Shown: positions 44,414 through 48,660 of the stretch, piece by piece
Position numbering within the stretch: the first letter of the stretch is position 1
Layout of the letters: every line of letters begins with the position of its first letter
Assembly: GCA_036555005.1 (NCBI GenBank)
Contig: DATBME010000007.1
Location: forward strand, 1-48,660
DNA length: 48,660 bases
Direction of reading: 5' to 3'
Source of the DNA: Candidatus Limnocylindria bacterium
GTDB lineage: Bacteria > Chloroflexota > Limnocylindria > QHBO01
Notes under the pieces: generated by a model
The model's input: the letters and a program-made list of their open reading frames with translations, nothing else
What the model was told of the DNA's origin: nothing
The model's database searches: none
Made by a program: the position numbers and the translations under genes

Positions 44414-45664
44414 TCAACCGAGCAGCGCGCGACCCACCAGCACCAGGGCGGCCACGGCGGTGAGGGTGACTAGTCCCTGCAGGCGCGGATACCAGACCCG
44501 TGCGGCCAGCGCCGCCAGTGCCCCGGCCGGCCCGATGGCCAGCAGGGCCAGTGCGATGGGCCGCAGCTCCTCGATCGGGAGCGCCAGCTCCCCGCGCGTC
44601 CAGGCGAGCAGCCAGATCGCGCCGGCGCCGACGACGGGCGTGAGTGCCAGGCCGATGGCCAGCAGCAGGTCCGCGCTGACCCTCGGCCGCGCGGCCACCG
44701 GCGCGGTCACCGGCGCCTCCGCGGCCACCGGCGCCTCCGCGGCCACCGGCGCGGTCACCGGCGCCTCCGCCGTAGCCGGCGCCACATCTCCAACCGCCTC
44801 GGCTCGTGCCGCACGCCGGCCGGCCAGCCACGCCGGACGCCGCCAGCGGGCCCACCACCGCTCGCGCACGACCGTTTCGACGCTGGCGGCTGGCTCCGCC
44901 GGTGCGGGCACGGCCGCTGCCGCGGCGGCCGCCGCGACGATGGCCGCTTGCCGCTCCGCCTCGGCTCGCTCCAGGGCGGCTGCCCTCTCGGCGGCGAGTC
45001 GCTCCTCCAGCAGCTGGCGCTCGATGCCGGTCAGCATCCGGCGCCCATCCGGCGATCGCTCCATCGATGGCTGCGCGGCCGCATGGGTCGCTGACGGGGT
45101 CACGAAGGCGCGTGCCCGCTCCGCGACCTCGTCCAGGCGCTGCTGGATGCGGGCCGCGGCGGTCAGGGCGGAGAGCAGGTGCTCCTCCGAGGCCGGCGCG
45201 ATCCCGAAGCGACCGCGATCGGTGGGAACCAGGATCATCGTCGCCGTCGGCGACAGCCGGACGATGTCGATCTCCTCCTCGCGTCGCAGCCTGGCGCGGC
45301 CCAGAGCCCAGCCCAGCGCGCCGAAGCGCGGCCGCACCCGGGCGGCGCCCTCGCCGCGCAGCGCGACCCGCGTCACCGGCCCACGCACCAGCGTGTACCG
45401 CCGCTCGCCCCCCAGCCAGCGCAGGCGCAGCGTGGCGACCTCCACGTCCAGGCGGACGGTGAGCAGTCGCGCGGCCAGGTACAGGCTGAGGACCGCCACC
45501 ACGATGCCGGCCGCCACCAGCCCGATGCCGACCAGGCCGCCCAGGAAGGCACCGGCGGCGGCGGCCACCGCCCCGGCGATCAGCAGCAGCAGCGGGACCG
45601 CCAGCAGCCGGCCGGTCGAGCGCGCCAGCGGAATCGGGGCGATGGCGATCGTGCGCTCGGTCAT
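44414..45664 (-). CDS. Hypothetical membrane protein: 2 N-terminal TM + PH-like (bPH/YdbS-type) region + coiled coil + Ala/Pro/Val repeats + C-terminal TM bundle
   Basis: 416 aa. N-terminus LLAVPLLLLIAGAVAAAAGAFLGGLVGIGLVAAGIVVAVLSLYLAA, then a beta-rich region of about 100 aa. Coiled coil ERQLLEERLAAERAAALERAEAERQ. Repeat APVTAPVAAEAPVAAEAPVTAPVAA. About 3 C-terminal TM segments. The ATG lies 4 nt after the GT2 stop. Confidence 0.65.
   Translation of the reverse strand: MTERTIAIAPIPLARSTGRLLAVPLLLLIAGAVAAAAGAFLGGLVGIGLVAAGIVVAVLSLYLAARLLTVRLDVEVATLRLRWLGGERRYTLVRGPVTRVALRGEGAARVRPRFGALGWALGRARLRREEEIDIVRLSPTATMILVPTDRGRFGIAPASEEHLLSALTAAARIQQRLDEVAERARAFVTPSATHAAAQPSMERSPDGRRMLTGIERQLLEERLAAERAAALERAEAERQAAIVAAAAAAAAVPAPAEPAASVETVVRERWWARWRRPAWLAGRRAARAEAVGDVAPATAEAPVTAPVAAEAPVAAEAPVTAPVAARPRVSADLLLAIGLALTPVVGAGAIWLLAWTRGELALPIEELRPIALALLAIGPAGALAALAARVWYPRLQGLVTLTAVAALVLVGRALLG
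44691..44768. repeat. Imperfect tandem repeat (30+18+30 nt) in coding sequence
   Basis: gcggccaccggcgcggtcaccggcgcctcc / gcggccaccggcgcctcc / gcggccaccggcgcggtcaccggcgcctcc. Confidence 0.85.
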
Positions 45665-45668
45665 CGGC

Positions 45669-47330
45669 TCAGGCCTTCTCGGTAACCCGGTACTCCAGGT
45701 AGCGCCCGGTGAGCATGCGCGTCTGCGCGTCGAGCGCGGGCAGGTTGCTGAAGAAGATGCCCACGAACGGAAGGCCGAGCCATTGCACGTAGGACACGAA
45801 GCGCACCCACGGGCCCCAGCTCGTCGGCCGCGGCGGCACGATCGAGTGCTCGACCCAGATCAGGACGAACAGCCCGACCAGGCCGATCGACAGCATGACC
45901 GTGGCGTACAGCTGCAGGTTCTGCCCGAGGGTGGTCTGGGCGAAGGCGGGGTTCAGCAGCAGCGGGATGGTGGCGCCGAACATGATCACGAACGGGGCGA
46001 TCGCCCAGTTGATGTGCTCGCCGAACAGGTTGAGGATGCGCCAGATCCGCGACCAGATCGGGATCTCGTGGTGGCGCATCGCGTTCTGGATCACGAACGG
46101 GATGTCGGTCACGCCCCACGCCCAGCGCCGAGCCTGCAGGTACTGGCTGGTCATCGAACGCCAGTAGGTCCTGGCTCGCACCGCGTCGCCGTAGATCGGG
46201 ATGAAGAGCGGCACCGCGCGGAAGCGGTCGCCGTAGGTGAAGTAGCTCTTCCAGTAGAAGCGGCTGTCCTCCGGGATCGCGTCGGTGGCCCAGTAGCCGA
46301 CGTCGTGCACCAGGTGGAGCGTGGTCGAGTACGAGCCGAAGCTCTGCAGCTTCTCCGGCAGCACGCTGCGCCACATCTGCAGCTGGGTCAGCACCGCCGC
46401 GAAGAGGCGGACCATCAGCGGCGCCTCCCAGATGTTGTTGTGCAGGTAGGGCACCGGCTGGTAGAGCTGGGTCTCGCGGTTCGGATCGGTCAGGTGCATC
46501 CAGGTCAGGTAGCTGAAGTACTGCGGGTGGACCCGGTAGTCGGCATCCAGGTCGGTGACCAGGATGCGCCGCGGATCCATCCCCCGCTCGCGCACCAGCA
46601 GCCGGTACAGGTAGCGGCCGCCCCAGGCCATGGCGCTGCTCTTGCCGACCACGATCCCCGGCTCCAGCGGGTCCAGGATGTGGATGAAGTCGGCGAACTC
46701 GCTGCCGAACTCCTCGCGCAGGATGCCGACGTTCTCGATCCCGTCGGTGTCGGTCTCGCGGGTGATGATGGCGCAGATCTTCCGCTCCCTTGGCCACTCG
46801 GCCAGGGCCAGGGCGCGGACCGTCTCCCGCAGCTTGTGCAGCGGCTCGGTGTAGGTCGGGATCAGGGCCAGGTGCGTGTACTCGTGCCGATCGGGCGGCG
46901 CCTCCGGCAGCCCCATCAGCGCGTCCAGCTCGGCCAGCTCGGCCTCCAGCGCCCTGCGCTCGCCGCCCAGCCGCGGGCCCAGGCCGGCCGTGATGCCGAG
47001 CGCGCTGGCGGGGCCGCCCAGCCCGGTCAGCTGCCGCAGCACGACCTCGCGCCGGGCGGCCGGATCGTCGAGCGTCGCCAGGCGCGCCCACCAGTCCTGG
47101 CCCTGCACGCGGCGGATCTTGCGGAAGGCGACGATCACCGCTCCGGCGAACCACAGCGCGCGGCACAGCCAGTAGAAGTCAAAGCTCAGGACGAAGTAGG
47201 CGACCAGCGACGGGTAGTTGAAGCTCAGCCAGATCGGCCCGACGATGATCGCCCAGCTGACGAAGCCGGGCACCATCTCCAGGAGACGCTGGAGCAGCCG
47301 ATGGCGATCTGGATCCTGCGGCTCGGACAT
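45669..47330 (-). CDS. Membrane-embedded family-2 glycosyltransferase, processive (cellulose/chitin/hyaluronan-synthase-like) type
   Basis: 553 aa with 2 N-terminal TM segments. GT-A core motifs LIPTYTEP, VTDLDADY (DxD) and IPEDSRF (ED). QARRWAWG matches Q(R/Q)xRW. About 4-5 C-terminal TM segments. Confidence 0.8.
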   Translation of the reverse strand: MSEPQDPDRHRLLQRLLEMVPGFVSWAIIVGPIWLSFNYPSLVAYFVLSFDFYWLCRALWFAGAVIVAFRKIRRVQGQDWWARLATLDDPAARREVVLRQLTGLGGPASALGITAGLGPRLGGERRALEAELAELDALMGLPEAPPDRHEYTHLALIPTYTEPLHKLRETVRALALAEWPRERKICAIITRETDTDGIENVGILREEFGSEFADFIHILDPLEPGIVVGKSSAMAWGGRYLYRLLVRERGMDPRRILVTDLDADYRVHPQYFSYLTWMHLTDPNRETQLYQPVPYLHNNIWEAPLMVRLFAAVLTQLQMWRSVLPEKLQSFGSYSTTLHLVHDVGYWATDAIPEDSRFYWKSYFTYGDRFRAVPLFIPIYGDAVRARTYWRSMTSQYLQARRWAWGVTDIPFVIQNAMRHHEIPIWSRIWRILNLFGEHINWAIAPFVIMFGATIPLLLNPAFAQTTLGQNLQLYATVMLSIGLVGLFVLIWVEHSIVPPRPTSWGPWVRFVSYVQWLGLPFVGIFFSNLPALDAQTRMLTGRYLEYRVTEKA

Positions 47331-47388
47331 GTGCCCTCGTCCGGGTCGTCGGAGCCACCGCCAAGCGAGCGGCCCTCCAGCGACGGGT

Positions 47389-48351
47389 TCAGTAGACCGG
47401 TGTCAGCCAGTCTCGGTATTCGTCGACCCGGCCACGCACCGAGTCGAAGTAGATGTCGTGCAGCTGGCGGGTGATGGGTCCCGGCCGTCCGCCGCCGATC
47501 GCCCGCCGGTCGATCTCGACCACCGGGGACAGCTGGGCGCCGGTGCCGCACAGGAACACCTCGTCGGCGTTGTACAGCTCGGTGCGGTCGATCTGTCGCT
47601 CCTCGACCGGCACCTCCAGGCGCTCGCGGGCGACCGCCATCAGCCGGCGGCGCGTGATGCCCTCCAGGATGTTATCCGTCACCGGCGGCGTGATCAGCTT
47701 GCCGCCCTTGACGATGAACAGGTTCTCGGCGCTGCCCTCCGACACATGGCCGTCCTGGGTCAGGACGATTGCCTCGTCGTAGCCGTTCAGCTGGGCCTCC
47801 GACTTGGCCAGTGCCCCGTTGACGTAGGCGCCGGTGATCTTGCCGCGTGCCGGGATGGCGTTGTCATCGGTCCGGCGCCAGGTCGAGACCTGGGCCCGGA
47901 TGCCGCCCTCGGTGTCGATGTACTGGCCGAACGGCACACCGAAGATCACGATGTCGGCGTCCAGGTTGTGCAGCCGGACGCCGATGGTCTCGCTGGACTT
48001 GTAGATGATCGGACGTACGTAGACGTCCTCGCGCAGCTCGTCGCGGCGGAGGATCTCGACCGTCAGGCTGGCGAGCCGTTCGGCGCTGTACGGCACATCC
48101 ATCATCAGGAGCCGTGCGGACGCCTTGATGCGCTCGTAATGCGGTATCAGGTCCAACCCCCAGAGCTGCCCCTGCTCGCCGTTCCAATAGGCACGGATTC
48201 CTTCAAAAACGGCGGTGCCATAGTTGAAGGCATGGGTCATGACGCTGATGCGGGCATCGCGCAACGGCACGATCTCGCCCCGGAAGAAAGCCCACAGCTC
48301 CGACGTGCGGTCGTCGGCTGTCGTTGCGACCGGAGTTCCCTGCTTCAGCAC
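47389..48351 (-). CDS. ilvE: Branched-chain amino acid aminotransferase (class IV)
   Basis: 320 aa. Sequence includes ...HAFNYGTAVFEGIRAY...AKSEAQLNGYDEAIVL...SAENLFIV...PVTDNILEGITR... GTG start, preceded by GAGGAG. Confidence 0.9.
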   Translation of the reverse strand: MLKQGTPVATTADDRTSELWAFFRGEIVPLRDARISVMTHAFNYGTAVFEGIRAYWNGEQGQLWGLDLIPHYERIKASARLLMMDVPYSAERLASLTVEILRRDELREDVYVRPIIYKSSETIGVRLHNLDADIVIFGVPFGQYIDTEGGIRAQVSTWRRTDDNAIPARGKITGAYVNGALAKSEAQLNGYDEAIVLTQDGHVSEGSAENLFIVKGGKLITPPVTDNILEGITRRRLMAVARERLEVPVEERQIDRTELYNADEVFLCGTGAQLSPVVEIDRRAIGGGRPGPITRQLHDIYFDSVRGRVDEYRDWLTPVY

Positions 48352-48470
48352 GAATTTCTCCTCAGGGCGCCTGCGCGCCGCGTTCGCTGCCGGCAGCGCC
48401 GGCGGGCCAAGTATACGCGTGCCTCAAGCCCAGACGGCCTGACCCCCGGGAAGGTTGCGGAATCCGTGGG

Positions 48471-48660
48471 CTAGTGCCCATTGCTGACCACTCCGAGCGG
48501 GGTGAGCAGGGCCAGGTAGACGTACACGAGGTACAACGGGCCACCGATCAGCAGAGTCCATGCCGACAGCCGCCCGCGAAGCCACATCGTCCCGAAGATG
48601 AGGCCCACCGCCACGAACGCCACACCCGCGGACAAGAACGAGATCGCCGTCTCGGGGGTG
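48471..48660 (-). CDS. C-terminal fragment of a hydrophobic (membrane) protein, N-terminus outside window
   Basis: Own translation gives ...ISFLSAGVAFVAVGLIFGTMWLRGRLSAWTLLIGGPLYLVYVYLALLTPLGVVSNGH*. The frame is open to the window edge. Not in the ORF track. Confidence 0.5.
   Translation of the reverse strand, partial: TPETAISFLSAGVAFVAVGLIFGTMWLRGRLSAWTLLIGGPLYLVYVYLALLTPLGVVSNGH

Noticed and set aside
44130-47474. 1114-aa plus-strand ORF
   Set aside because: It is antisense to the GT2 synthase and its partner. It is extremely Arg/Ala/Pro/Gly-rich with no motifs, typical of a high-GC shadow frame. The minus-strand frames carry clear GT2 motifs and TM segments.
1-48660. Searched by eye for CRISPR arrays, rRNA/tRNA genes, transposases, integrases, IS inverted repeats, toxin-antitoxin pairs and defence-system signatures
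   Set aside because: None found. Every gap over 100 nt was read on both strands (7586-7964, 10746-10909, 15935-16050, 24324-24649, 34152-34299, 44048-44413, 48352-48470). They contain only promoter/leader-like sequence or the T-box.

Overview
This is a very GC-rich bacterial chromosomal segment (GC not formally computed). I call 52 protein-coding genes, 48 on the minus strand and 4 on the plus strand. Almost all are core housekeeping genes.

Read along the minus strand, the order is: ilvE, a GT2 synthase with a membrane partner, a T-box leader, then ileS-lspA-rluD-gmk-priA-def-fmt. It continues with a yugP-like peptidase, rlmN-rpe, a DUF4015-like lipoprotein, dtd, a P-loop kinase and recG-rsmD-coaD. 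Next come a coiled-coil protein, DUF177-rpmF-plsX-nusB-acpP-rnc-smc-ftsY-ffh, a DUF3352-like protein and rpsP-KH-rimM-trmD-rplS-rnhB-yraN. The window ends with rpsB-tsf-pyrH-frr-uppS-cdsA-dxr-rseP, a YCII protein and a P-loop ATPase. This order closely follows the Bacillus/Terrabacteria-type arrangement. Many junctions are 1-, 4- or 8-nt start/stop overlaps, so long polycistronic units are likely.

I recognised no rRNA, tRNA, CRISPR array, transposase or integrase. Many long ORFs in the supplied track are antisense shadow ORFs or Arg-rich 5' extensions of real genes, and I trimmed starts accordingly.

The region is mostly ordinary. Signals worth a second look:
- A translationally coupled pair upstream of ileS: a processive-type GT2 synthase (QxxRW motif) and a two-TM, PH-like, coiled-coil membrane protein.
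- A complete Ile-specific T-box leader with an intrinsic terminator in front of ileS.
- A roughly 320-nt lower-GC noncoding gap holding a 15-bp long-range helix and a tandem 12-mer, which may be an ncRNA or leader.
- A coiled-coil gene coupled to DUF177-rpmF-plsX whose reading frame appears to start at a non-canonical codon.
- A DUF3352-like membrane protein wedged into the ffh-rpsP operon.
- A DUF4015-type lipoprotein coupled to dtd.
- Long low-complexity acidic C-terminal tails on S16, S2 and RNase HII.

All family assignments come from motif recognition by eye, not database searches.
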